The translations under genes were made by a program, and so were the position numbers. Shown piece after piece: positions 13,150 to 25,408 of a stretch of DNA of 64,000 nt (position 1 is the first letter of the stretch; every line of letters starts with the position of its first letter). The DNA comes from Malacoraja senta (taxonomy: Eukaryota), in the NCBI GenBank assembly GCA_038087875.1, contig JAXLNO010000627.1:496001-560000 (forward strand). The letters run 5' to 3'. The notes under the pieces were generated by a model. The model made no database searches. It was not told the DNA's origin and saw only the letters and a program-made list of their open reading frames with translations.

Positions 13150-13950
13150 CCCCCGAGGTTTGGGGGGTAGGGTTGCTGGAGAGCGCTGATGGCGCATTTC
13201 CACGAGGGCCGGCCTGGGCCATGCCCTAAAAAAGACTTCTGCCCAGAATATACGGCCTTCGAGCTGCCACCAGCTTCAGCGAACCGCTTGCTGCTGATGG
13301 AAGCGTAGGGGTGCTGCCGCCGGAATGGTGAAGCTCTGCTGGTCGACGGCGCCTTCATCAGCCCGACAGCTTTCGCTTCTTCATCGAGGTCCTTGACCTG
13401 TTTTGACGGATTTTCTCCGAAGAGAAGATTCGGCGGCTGGATGTTGCTGGCCCTGCACAACCCCGCAAATTTGGGGTTCAGGGCAGGTCAATTGGCATTT
13501 TTTCGAAAGGAATTAATTTCAAAATGTACTGACTCCGTATGCTCCGCTCCTCAGAGAGGGAGACATTGTGCAGCCCTGAACCAGGCGCCGCCGCGGGCCC
13601 CCGAGGAGACCCGCGCTGATATACCTCCGTCCCCGGAGAATATCATGATGGAGCATCCTTTCCATCAGGTGCTCCATCCGGGATAAACGTCCGAAGACGC
13701 TACCAATTGTAGGAGGCGAGCCCTCCTGGTCTGACTCGTCCGAGTCCACAGGCCTATCCGACTTTCTCTTGGCTTTACCCCCTTTCCTGGGAACCACAGT
13801 GCTTTCGACAGGCACTAAGTCGGAAGCCGCTGACCGCACCGTCAGCGACTCGGGTGGCGAAATCGACGGCCACCGGCTACCCGCACTCCCGCGGTCCTCC
13901 ATAGCCGGTTTTCCCGCGGCCCGTCTGGACTTCGCCCTGGAATATTCCAT
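13150..13950 (-). pseudogene. DIRS gag-like ORF remnant
   Basis: Lies upstream of pol. LLFGE..KQVKDLDE motif; homologous to 31204-32070 in the second DIRS (GSPP..FGRLSRME.LM.RMLH). Confidence 0.7.
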
Positions 13951-14998
13951 GATAATTGGAAACTCGCCGTTCTGTAATCAAGATTACTGAACAAAAATCG
14001 ACCTCAGAATAAGTGCAAAACTTACCCGTGGGGCTTTTTAAACTTACCGCTGGAGGAGCAACGCGCCTCCCAGCCAGTCATGTGCCATACGTTAGACGTA
14101 TTGAAGCGAATGCGGGCTGGCGGGCTTCTTCACGTAGTCACTCACGTGACTCCGAAGTAAATTCACGGTTCACTGCTGACCATTGAGCACGGGTTATCTC
14201 CCAACTATTTTGTCGGTCCCTTTCAGAAACCCAGCATTGCAACTCGTCCGTCCAACACCTTCCCAGAGGATTGTATTTAGATTATTGATTCGCTGTCGAT
14301 TATACGATCTCCATGATGTATGCCAGCTCTTACTTGGCTATTCTCTTTTATTTTCATGAAAACCACGACCACTGCCTAAATCCTTGGAGGAAATGAGTCA
14401 GGGAGCAAAGGTGATACTTGTTAAGCATGTCGTTTGGATGTTCTATGAACATGCTGCTTCCCCAACCTTGGTATTTCACTGATTGCTCTCATTGAAGAAC
14501 GACATTTAATTCGAAATTACGTTGGAGTTAAGGAAAGAAGTGTGTTGACGGCACAGAAACTGACTGAGTCGCGTCCCCACCGTGCAGTGTTAGAACTATT
14601 TAATCTACTCTACCTGTGTATATACACTAATTTGGTGAACGGTAGATACACCTACAGTGCATAATTGGGATAAACAGTATCCGACTAAATGGCCCTGTTG
14701 GCTTGTGGACTTTGTGCCTTCTCCCCTTGACCACATATGTCCAGCCCGAAGTTTCCGTAACCTCCACAATGACGAGCAATTTGGACATTGTGCATCATCT
14801 GTAAATTCCCACGATTATGCCGCTGAATTTCGAATTGGGGGGAAGGGCTATAGGGTTGATACAATTTATGGAGAATATAATCAATGTCAGATTAGTGTAA
14901 GTAGATGTTTGATGCGGTCATAATGTGTGCCGCGCCTGTTTGAGTAATGCATCTCGACAGGTCTGATTCTAATATTTGATTATGATGCTTTAAATGCT

Positions 14999-15861
14999 TC
15001 AGATTATTATCATTTTCCGTTTAATTAACTTTATCAATCGAGCAAATGGATGTGTTACCACAGTCAACAACTGCTCTCTAAACTTCATTTGCGCCACAGC
15101 ATAGATGCACGTGTTTGTGCAACAACTTAGTAGTTGAAGCATAAATCCTAATTCCGATACAAGGCTACGAAGAGAAAAAGCACAATGTCCCAAATAACAT
15201 ATTCGTTCCCATATTAATTATATTGTAAATATCGCCCATAACAGAACGAAATTTCCAGAGATACATAACAACAATATCACCGATTTTCTTAGATTCTCAA
15301 TTTCTGGATCATTAGGGCCCTTAGCACTTTTCTGGTCGCGGAGTTTCCTGCGGGCTCAGCTGACCACCAAAATATGTCTGATCGTTAAATTATTGAGCAG
15401 CAGAATGGATACAAAACGGGACACATGGGGTGAGAATATAATGAAGAAACTCAATCTGTGCCCAGGTCTTTGACATCATAACACGTAATTCATTGTAACA
15501 AAACGAAGGAGTATTCGCCAATCTGTACCAAGATGTGTACATAAAATACCAGTAAACATTCTTTACACTCACCGTGCCCAGAACCACAGCCGCCGTATTA
15601 TCGGTGCAATATCTATGCCTCAGCTTTAGGCAACAGATGGCAACAAATCGGTCAAATGTGAAGGAGACGGTGAACCACACAGAACAGTCGGTCACTGCGT
15701 AAAGCAGGATGGCGTGGATATTACACAGGGGGGTGGATTTGATGAGCAAACGGAATCTGTCTCAATATCAGCTCAAAGATAATGACCAGTAGATCCGCGG
15801 GTCACACAGCTGGAGAAACCACACTTTCCTCGAGACAGGACCACAATTATCGGCAGGTTTA
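14999..15861 (-). pseudogene. GPR139/GPR142-like class A GPCR, main exon, decayed
   Basis: Acceptor ttcttttgcatcacag followed by NLPIIVVLSRGKCG. Then CSVWFTVSFTFDRFVAICC, DPEIENLRKSVILL, and QLLSCCTNTCIYAVAQMKFREQL. Most of TM2 is deleted and there are frameshifts. Confidence 0.82.
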
Positions 15862-15895
15862 CTGTGATGCAAAAGAATGATAATATTACCAGTGC

Positions 15896-17465
15896 AGGTA
15901 GACAAAAATGCTGGAGAGACTCAGAGGTTGAGGCAGTATCTATGGAGCGAAGGAATAGGTGACGTTTCGGGTCAAGACCCTTCTTCAGACTGATGTAAGG
16001 TTGGGAGGGGGCGGGAAGAAGAAAGGAAGAGGCGGAGACAGTGAGCTGTGGGGGAGCTGGGGAGGGGAGGGGAAGGAGGGAGAAAGCAAAGATTACTTGA
16101 AATTGGAGGTCAATGTTCATACCGCTAGGGTGTAAACTACCCAAGCGAAATATGAGGGGCTGCTCTTCCAATTTGCGGTGGGACTCACCCTGGCCATGGA
16201 GGAGGCCCAGGACAGAAAGGTTGGATTCGGAATGGGAGGGGGAGTTTAAGTGCTGAGCCAGCGGGAGTTCAGGTTGGTTAGTACGGACTGAGCGGAGGTG
16301 TTGGGTGAGGCGATCGGCAAGCCTCGGCTTGGTCTCACCGATGTGGAGCAGTTGACACCCAGAACATCGGATGCAATAGATGAGGTGCAGGTGAATCTCT
16401 GCCTCACCTGGAAAGATTGCTTAGGTCCTTGGATGGAGTTAAGGGGGGAGGTAAAGCGACAAGTGTAGCATTTCTTGCGGTTGAAAGGGAAGGTACCAGG
16501 GGAGGGTGTGGTTAGGGTGGGAAGGGACGAATTGACCAGGGAGTTACGGAGGGAACGGTGTCTGCGGAAAGCTGAAAGGTGAGGAGATGGGAAGATGTGG
16601 CCAGTGGTGGGATACCGTTGGAGGTGGCAAAAATTTCGGAGGATTATATGTTGTATGTGACGGCTGGTAGGGTGGAAAGTGAGGACAAGCGGGACTCTGC
16701 CCTTGTTACGAGTGGGGGGGGGGGGTGGGGAGTGAGAGCGGAGTTACGGGATATAGAAGAGACCCTGGCCTCATCTATAGTCGAAGAGGGGAATGCCCCG
16801 TTCCCTAAAGAATGAGGACATCTCCGATGCCCTGGTTTGTAACCTCATCCTGGGTGCAGATGCGGCGTAGACGGAGGAATTGGGAGTAGGGGATAGATTC
16901 CTTACAGGAAGCAGTGTGGGAAGAAGTGTAGTACAGATAGCCTTGGGAGTCAATGGGTTTGTAGAAGATGTCGGTCAGTAGTCTGTTACCTGCGATGGAG
17001 ATAGTGAGGTCTAGAAACGCTAGGGAGATGTCGGAATTGGTCCAGGTGAATTTGAGTGCCGGATGGAAGTTAGTGGTGAAATGGATGAAGTCAGTGGGTT
17101 CTGCATGGGTCCATGAGGTAGCACCAATGCAGTCGTCAATGTAGCGGAGGTAGAGTTCGGGGATAGGGCCACGGTACGCCTCGAACAAGGATTCTTCGAT
17201 GTACCCTACAAAGAGGCGGGCATAGCTGGGGTCCTTAGCTACGCCTTGGATTTGGAGGAAATGGGAGGAGTCAAAGGAAAAGTTGTTGAGGGTAAGGACC
17301 AGCTCTGCTAGGCGGAGGAGAGTATCGGTAGACGGGAATTGGTCGGCTCTGTGGTCGAGGAAGAAACTGAGTGCTTTAAGACCCCCCCTGGTGGGGGATG
17401 GAGATGTGGAGTGGCTGGACACTCACTCACTTGTCCAGTCACTCTATACCTCCATCCCCCCATCA
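15896..17465 (-). mobile_element. Penelope-like element (RT + GIY-YIG remnants, 3' pLTR)
   Basis: LTLNNFSF, LRYIDD, FLDLTIS, SIPYSQFLRLRRIC; LIYCIRC..LHIGET near 16330-16385; LIFRLGSLHPSGMNID. Confidence 0.88.
15957..15992 (-). ncRNA. Minimal hammerhead ribozyme motif in a Penelope pLTR
   Basis: Minus strand reads CTGAAGA-A-GGGTC-TT-GACCC-GAAA-C-GTC-ACC, i.e. CUGANGA, stem II, GAAA and a GUC triplet. Confidence 0.7.
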
Positions 17466-17476
17466 TTATGTGGGTT

Positions 17477-20400
17477 ACATAGATACATAGATACATAGAA
17501 AATAGGTGCAGGAGTAGGCCATTCGGCCCTTCGAGCCTGCACCGCCATTCAATATGATCATGGCTGATCGTCCAACTCAGTATCCCGTACCTGCCATCTC
17601 TCCATACCCCCTGATCCCCTTAGCCACAAGGGCCACATCTAACTCCCTCTTAAATATAGCCAATGAACTGGCCTCAACTACCCTCTGTGGCAGAGAGTTC
17701 CAGAGATTCACCACTCTCTGTGTGAAAAAGTTTTTCCTCATCTCGGTCCTAAAGGATTTCCCCCTTATCCTTAAGCTGTGACCCCTTGTCCTGGACTTCC
17801 CCAACATCGGGAACAATCTTCCTGCATCTAGCCTGTCCAACCCCATAAGAATTTTGTACGTTTCTATAAGATCCCCTCTCAATCTCCTAAATTCTAGCGA
17901 GTATAAGCCAAGTCTATCCAGTCTTTCTTCATATGAAAGTCCTGACATCCCAGGAATCAGTCTGGTGAACCTTCTCTGCGCTCCCTCTATGGCTATAATG
18001 TCCTTCCTCAGATTTGGAGACCAAAACTGTACGCAATACTCCAGGTGTGGTCTCACCAAGACCCTGTACAACTGCAGTAGAACCTCCCTGCTCCTATACT
18101 CAAATCCTCTTGCTATGAAGGCCAACATACCATTCGCTTTCTTCACTGCCTGCTGCACCTGCATGCCTACTTTCAATGACTGGTGTACCATGACACCCAG
18201 GTCTCGCTGCATCTCCCCATTTCCTAATCGGCCACCATTTAGATAATAGTCTGCCTTCCCGTTTTTGACACCAAAGTGGATAACCTCACATTTATCCACA
18301 TTATACTGCATCTGCCAAACATTTGCCCACTCACCCAGCCTATCCAAGTCACCTTGCAGTCTCCTAGCATCCTCCTCACAGCTAACACTGCCCCCCAGCT
18401 TAGTGTCATCCGCAAACTTGGAGATGTTGCTTTCAATTCCCTCGTCCAGATCATTAATATAAATTGTAAATAGCTGGGGTCCCAGCACTGAGCCTTGCGG
18501 TACCCCACTAGTCACTGCCTGCCATTGTGAAAAGGACCCGTTTACTCCTACTCTTTGCTTCCTGTTTGCCAGCCAGTTCTCTATCCACATCAATACTGAA
18601 CCCCCAATACCGTGTGATTTAAGTTTGTATCCTAATCTCTTATGTGGTACCTTGTCGAAAGCCTTCTGAAAGTCCAGATACAACACATCCACTGGTTCTC
18701 CCCTATCCACTCTACTAGTTACATCCTCGAAAAATTCTATAAGATTCGTCAGACACGATTTACCTTTCGTAAATCCATGCTGACTTTGTCCAATGATTTC
18801 ACCACTTTCCAAATGTGCTGCTATCCCATCTTTAATATCTGACTCTAGCAGTTTCCCCACTACCGATGTTAGACTAACTGGTCTGTAATTCCCCGTTTTC
18901 TCTCTCCCTCCCTTCTTAAAAAGTGGGGTTACGTTTGCTACCCTCTAATCCTCAGGAACTACTCCAGAATCTAAGGAGTTTTGAAAAATTATCACTAATG
19001 CATCCACTATTTCTGGAGCTACTTCCTTAAGTACTCTGGGATGCAGCCTATCTGGCCCTGGTGATTTATCGGCCTTTAATCCATTCAATTTACCCAACAC
19101 CACTTCCCGACTAACCTGGATTTCACTCAGTTCCTCCATCTCCTTTGACCCGCGGCCCCCTGCTATTTCCAGCAGATTATTTATGTCATCCTCAGTGAAG
19201 ACGGAACCAAAGTAGTTATTCAATTGGTCCGCCATATCTTTGTTCCCCATGATCAATTCACCTGTTTCTGGCTGCAAGGGACCTACATTTGTTTTAACTA
19301 ATCTCTTTCTCTTCACATATCTATAAAAACTTTTGCAGTCAGTTTTTATGTTCCCTGCCAGTTTCCTTTCATAATCTATTTTCCCTTTCCTAATTAAGCC
19401 CTTTGTCCTCCTCTGTTGGTCTCTGAGTTTCTCCCAGTCCTCTGGTATGCTGCTTTATCTGGCTAATTTGTACGCATCATCTTTTGCTTTGATACTATCC
19501 CTGATTTCCCTTGTTATCCACGGATGCACTACCTTCCCTGATTTATTCTTTTGCCAAACTGGGATGAACAATTTTTGTAGTTCATCCATGCAGTCTTTAA
19601 ATGCCTTCCATTGCATATCCACCGTCAACCCTTTTAGAACTAATTGCCAGTCAATCTTGGCCAATTCACGTCTCATACCCTCAAAGTTACCTTTCTTTAA
19701 GTTCAGACCCGTTGTTTCTGAATTAAGAATGTCACTCTCCATCCTAATGAAGAACTCAACCATATTATGGTCACTCTTGCCCAAGGGGGCACGCACAACA
19801 AGACTGCTAACTAACCCTTCCTCATTACTCAATACCCAGTCTAGAATAGCCTGCTCTCTCGTTGGTTCCTCTACATGTTGGTTTAGATAACTATCCCGCA
19901 TACATTCCAAGAAATCCTCTTCCTCAGCACCCCTGCCAATTTGATTCACCCAATCTATATGTAGATTGAAGTCACCCATTATAACTGTTTTGCCTTTGTT
20001 GCACGCATTTCTAATTTCCTGTTTGATGCTATCCCCAACTTCACTACTACTGCTAGGTGGCCTGTACACAACACCCACCAGCGTTTTCTGCCCCTTAATG
20101 TTTCGCAGCTCTACCCATACCGATTCCACATCCTCCAAGCTAATGTCCTTCCTTTCCACTGCGTTAATCTCCTCTCTAACCAGCAACGCTACCCCACCTC
20201 CTTTTCCTTTCTGCCTATCCCTCCTGAATATTGAATATCCCTGGATGTTCAGCTCCCAGCCTTGGTCACCCTGGAGCCATGTCTCCGTGATCCCAACTAT
20301 ATCATAATCATTAATTGCTATCTGCACGTTCAACTCATCCACCTTATTACGAATGATCCTTGCATTGAGACACAAAGCCTTCAGGCTTGTTTTTACAACG

Positions 20401-20880
20401 GTCTTACCCCTTATACAATTATGTTGAAAAGTGGCTCTTTTTGATTTTTGCCCTGGATTTGTCTGCCTGCCACTTTTACTTTTCACCTTGCTACCTATTG
20501 CTTCCGCCAGCATTTTACACCCCTCTGTTTCTCTGCTCACCCATTTAAGAACCCCACCACCTCTTATTCTCTGTTTATTATTGTTTTCTTCTTTCCCCCC
20601 TACATGTTGGGTCTGAGTGCTTTCCTTCTCTGCCTCCTGCCTCACACACTGTCTAATAGCATTCTCTATTTGAGTCCCTCCCCCCAACCATTCTAGTTTA
20701 AATCTCCCCAGTAGCCTTTGCAGACTCCCCGCCAGGATATCGGTCCCCCTCAGGTTCAAGTGCAACCCATCCTTTTTGTACAGGTCGAACCTTCCACAAA
20801 AGAGGTCCCAATGATCCAGAAATTTGAATCCCTGCCTTCTGCACCAGTCCTTCAGCCACGCATTTATCCTCCACCTCGCT
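17477..20880 (-). mobile_element. CR1 LINE, young, 5'-truncated inside ORF1; ORF2 has few lesions
   Basis: ORF1 esterase end (DGLHLN). APE motifs GITETW, MGDFN and SDH. RT motifs LDFQKAFDKV, GVPQGSVLGP and FADD (open 17577-18860). (CTATGTAT)n tail. Confidence 0.93.
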
Positions 20881-21579
20881 CAGGTAAACGTCGTGAACAA
20901 ACACGCGCTACTTTGATGAAGATCAACAATTTCTAATTGATTCCGAAAGCAAAGAACAATGTTCTGGGTCTCAACGAAGAAGGATTAATAATACCATATG
21001 GGTAATGCACTGCTGAATATATACATCCGCAGCAACAACACGTCCTTTTATGTTGTGTGAATGCATGTAGATCACCCCAGACACGAGGTTCCGTAACAGA
21101 CAGGAACCCACGATTACATTGGCATGACTCAGAGTGGCGCTTACCCAGCAGTTGGTGAGTATCAATTAAATTATATTTTGCAATTCACCCAGATGAAGCC
21201 TATCTATGACGTGGTAATTGATGGGATGGTGTGATTTCTGGTATCTTTGAGCTTGGAGTGGAGTTGCAATTGAAGGAGGAGTTGTGTGATATCAAATGAT
21301 CGCACACTTGTCAAGTCACACAGAGATCATATAGAGAAGGAATAAAGCCCGTTCTCCTATCACTGTGAAGTGCACCCCGCAATACCACGGTGGTAATCAT
21401 GACAGAAGCCTCCTCGTGGCGATCCCGGGAAACGACAACACGATGCACTCTGTGACGCGTCGGGTGACCAATTCTGTCAACATGTTGGACGATGACAGAA
21501 GCCAACAGCGAGCAACGTCGTCTGACACATGAGCGAACGAATACACCAGCGAACAAAAAGTACCACGGTGCGGTGGAAC

Positions 21580-22847
21580 TTTCTGTTCTAAAGAAGCTTT
21601 GGACCTGATGGTATACCCGCTCGAATTCTCAAGACCTGTGCAGACCAACTGGCCTGAGTTTTTGCGGACATTTTCAGTCTCTCACTTCTGAGGTCTGAGG
21701 TTCCCACCTGCTTTAAGAGAGCATCAATAATACCGGTGCCCAAGAAGAGTAAGGTGATGTGCCTCAATGACTATCGACCAGTGGCACTAATGTCTGTGGT
21801 GATGAAATGCTTTGTGAGGTTGGTTATGGTGCACATCAACTCCTACCTCGACAAGAACCTTGACCCACTGTAGTTCGCATATCATCACAACAGGTCAACG
21901 GAGGATGCAATCTCACTGGCTCTCCACTCCGCACTGGACCACTTGGACAATAAAAACACTTACGTCAGCCTGTTGTTTATAGACTACAGCTCGGCATTTA
22001 ATACCATCATCCCTTCCAAGCTGGTTACCAAACTCATGGAACCTTGCGCATCCCTCTGCAATTGGATCCTCGACTTCCTCATCCACGGACCAGTCTGTTT
22101 GAATTGGCGGAAACACTTCATCCTCAGTGACAATTAGCACGGGAGCACCTCAAGGCTGCTTGCTCAGCCCCCTGCTTTACTCACTCTATACCCATGATTG
22201 CGTAGCCGGACACAGTGCGAACTGCATCATCAAGTTTGCCGACAACACCACAGTTGTTGGACGAATCGCAGATGGGGCCGAGTCAGAGTATAGAAGTGAG
22301 ATCGACCAACAACCAGGCTCTCAACATCAGAAAGACCAGGGAATTGATTATGGACTTTGGTAGGAGAAGGATGTGGACTCACAATCCTGTTCACATCAAT
22401 GGTGGAGAGGGTCAAAAACTTCAAGTTCCTGGGTGTGCATATTTCTGAGGATCTTTCATGGACCCAGCACACCGATACAATTATAATGTAGGCACATCAG
22501 CGAAACCACTTCCTGAGAAGATTACGGAGATTCGGCATGTCGAAGAGGATTCTCCTAAAATTCTAGAGGTGCATGGTAGAGAGGATTCTGACTGGTTGCA
22601 TCATGGCCTGGTTCGGCAACTTGAACGTCCAGGAGTGAAATAGACTACGAAAAGTTGTGACCACTGCCCAGTCCATCACCGGCTTTGACCTTCCCACCGG
22701 CGAAGAGCTCTATCGTAGTCGCTTCCTCAAAAAGGCACCCAAAATCATCAAAGACCCACACCATCCTGGCCACTCACTCATTTCACCATTGCCATCAGGA
22801 AGAACGTACAGGAGCCTGAAAACTGTAACGTCCAGGTTCGGGAACAG
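21580..22847 (+). mobile_element. Rex1/Babar LINE fragment
   Basis: [65 protein letters not shown] and LPSGRTYRS. Confidence 0.85.
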
Positions 22848-23214
22848 CGGGGGAGGGGGCGTAGGCGGGGGCGGGGGGGGGAGCAGGGGGTTGGAGGGTG
22901 GCCGATAAGGGGCAGGAACGGTTGGGGGGGTCGGGGGGCGGGAGGGGGGGACCCGCGAATGGGCATCTTGGTCAGGCCCAGGGGCAAACCGAGAGGGAGA
23001 TCCCCCCTCCCACCCCGATCGGCCCTCCGCACTCACTACCATGTGTCCAAACACCAGGATCGTGGGACTAACTCTGTCTTACCTGTTTGCGGTCATCGGC
23101 GGTGAAGTGAGACAGGCCTTTAAAACGCAACCAGAACTTGAGGAGCACCGTTCTGCGTCTTTAGTTCCATGTTGATTACAGTTCTAGAGCAAACCTATTG
23201 TTCACAGAATGTTG

Positions 23215-23590
23215 CAATAGACAATAGTCAATAGACAACAGGTGCAGGAGTAGGCCATTCAGCCCTTCGAGCCAGCACCGCCATTCACTGTGATCATGGC
23301 TGACCATCCACTATCAGTACCCCGTTCCTGCCTTCTCCCCATATCCCCCGACTCCGCTATCTTTAAGAGCTCTATCTAACTCTCTCTTGAAAGCATCCAG
23401 AGAATTGGCCTCCACTGCCTTCTGAGGCAGAGAATTCCACAGATTCACATCCCTCTGTGTGAAAAAGTTTTTCTTCATCTCTATTCTAAATGGCTTACCC
23501 TTTGTTCTCAAACTGTGGCCCCTGGTTCTGGACTCCCCCAACATCAGGGACATGTTTCATGCCCCTAGCGTGTCCAAACCCTTATTAAAT
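23215..23590 (-). mobile_element. CR1 3' fragment
   Basis: TRGHSL..FFTQR..LWNSLP with a (CTATTGT)n-type tail. Confidence 0.88.
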
Positions 23591-23591
23591 C

Positions 23592-23602
23592 GTCTGTCTG
23601 CC

Positions 23603-23667
<65 letters not shown>
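23592..23667. repeat. (TCTG)n microsatellite
   Basis: Seen directly in the sequence. Confidence 0.97.
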
Positions 23668-24049
23668 CCATTCTCCTGTGCTGCGAGTGTACCAATTTGT
23701 TCCGATCGGTTGAATGTCGTAAAAGTTAGCGAGGTTTAAAAATCGTAAAAACCGCGAGTGTGCAGATCGATCACTTCTCCTGCCAGTCAGCGCAACGTGG
23801 ATTAGTCTCTTCCCTTGTCAATCCCCGGGACGGTCCGCCCCTTCCTGCGCCATCGTCTTTACTGGAGCTGAGGATTGTCGGCGGAGGTTTCCTCTCCCCT
23901 CCCTCCATACTACTCGCCCCTGCCCACACATCCCTCCCCCTATAAGCGTCCCTGCCGACACACACCGCCGCCCACACACACACAACCCCGCCCACACACA
24001 CTCCCCACCAGCCACACACACCCAACCCCCCCCCCCCCCCCCAGCGCCC

Positions 24050-24470
24050 TAAAATTCAACATCCCCTGGCTGAAGAAATTCCTCTTCATCTCTATACTTA
24101 TGTTACGATATTTTATTCTCGGGCTGCGCCCTCTGGTCCCAGACTCTCCCATTACTGGAAACATCCTCTCCACAGCCACTATCCAGGCCTATCATTATTT
24201 GGAAGGTTTCAATGAGTGTCCCCCTCAACTCCCCATTCATCCTAAACTCCAGCGAGTACAGACCCAGAGCCACCAAAAGCTGCTCATACATTAACATACA
24301 TCATTCTCGTAAACCTTCCATTCTCGTAAACCTTTGGACCCTCTCCAAAGCTAGCACATCCTTCCTCAGATAACGGGTCTCAAATCTGCTCATAATATTC
24401 AAATTGTGGTCTGACCAGCACCTTACAAAGACTTAGTATTTACATCCTTGCTTTTATATTCTATTCCTTG
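24050..24470 (-). mobile_element. Older CR1 RT/3' fragment
   Basis: LGLYSLEFR and RNFFSQ remnants. Confidence 0.75.
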
Positions 24471-24471
24471 T

Positions 24472-24752
24472 TGTTTAGTTTAGTTTTAGTTTAGAGATAC
24501 AATGCAGAAACAGATCCTTCGGTGCACCGAGTCCGCACCATCCAGTGATCCCCACACATTAACACTATCCTACACACACTAGGGTCAATATGTTTACATT
24601 TACAAACCTGTGTTCCTTTGGAAAGTGGGTGGAAACCGAAGGTCTCAGAGAAAATTTGCATGGTCACTTGGAGAATGTACAAACTCTGTACAGACAGCAC
24701 CCGTAGTTGGGATTGAACCTGGGTGTCTGGCAGTAAGCGCTATAAGGAAGCA
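24472..24752 (-). mobile_element. tRNA-derived V-SINE (HE1-like), lacking its extreme 5' end
   Basis: B box GGTTCAATCCC, core GGAGTTTGTACATTCTCC-like, and (CTAAA)n tail. Family name is from recall, not a search. Confidence 0.75.
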
Positions 24753-25219
24753 ATTTTACTTCGGAGTCACGTGAGTGATTCCGTGAAGAAGCCCTGCAAG
24801 TCCGCATGCGCGTCATATCGTCGTTCGCATGGCGAAGCACCGGACTTGAGGAGCACCGTTCTGCGTCTTTAGTTCCATGTTGATTACAGTTTAAACCTAC
24901 AGGTAAGTTTTGTATTTCTTACCAGGTTCTGATTTTCTTGCAGGAACCTCTTTTTACAGAGGTTTCCTGCTGGATATTGTCGAGAAGTCCGGCGAAGGAA
25001 ACCGGCTATGGGCTGTGGTGAGACCCCGGTTCCGACCTCGGAAGCCGATAGCCGGCGGATGTCGGGTTCGCGATCCCAGTCACTGACAATGCGGTCAGTG
25101 GCTTCCAGACCGCCGTGGTTCACGTGGAGGGGTAAATCCAGGATGTAACTAGTAGAGTGGTTAAGGGAGAACCAGTGGATGTGTTATATCTGGACTTTCA
25201 GAAGGCTTTCGACAAGGTC

Positions 25220-25408
25220 CCACATAAGAGATTAGTACACAAACGTAAAGCACACGGTATTGGGGGTTCAGTATTGATGTGGATAGAGAACTGGCTGGCA
25301 AACAGGAAGCAAAGAGTAGGAGTAAATGGGTCCTTTTCAGAATGGCAGGCAGTGACTAGTGGGGTACCGCAAGGCTCAGTGCTGGGACCCCAGCTATTTA
25401 CAATATAT
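25220..25408 (+). repeat. 189-bp direct repeat, copy 1
   Basis: Identical by eye to 30036-30224. Confidence 0.93.

Larger units (their letters stand above)
9699..14161 (-). mobile_element. DIRS1-type tyrosine-recombinase retrotransposon, both termini present, ORFs decayed
   Basis: Gag, RT/RNaseH/MT and YR remnants in order. Inverted terminal similarity between 9773-9797 and 14110-14135. An internal complementary region matches both ends. No TSD. Confidence 0.92.

Noticed and set aside
15773..16171. 132-aa ORF joining the Penelope C-terminus to GPCR TM1
   Set aside because: It is chance read-through across the pLTR and intron; the splice acceptor at 15862 explains the GPCR boundary.
20880..21580. 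Unique segment with hydrophobic ORFs as candidate GPCR exon 1, and CACTGTG at 21361 as an RSS
   Set aside because: There is no convincing TM1 start with a donor site, no nonamer at 12/23 spacing, and no V/J-like segment.
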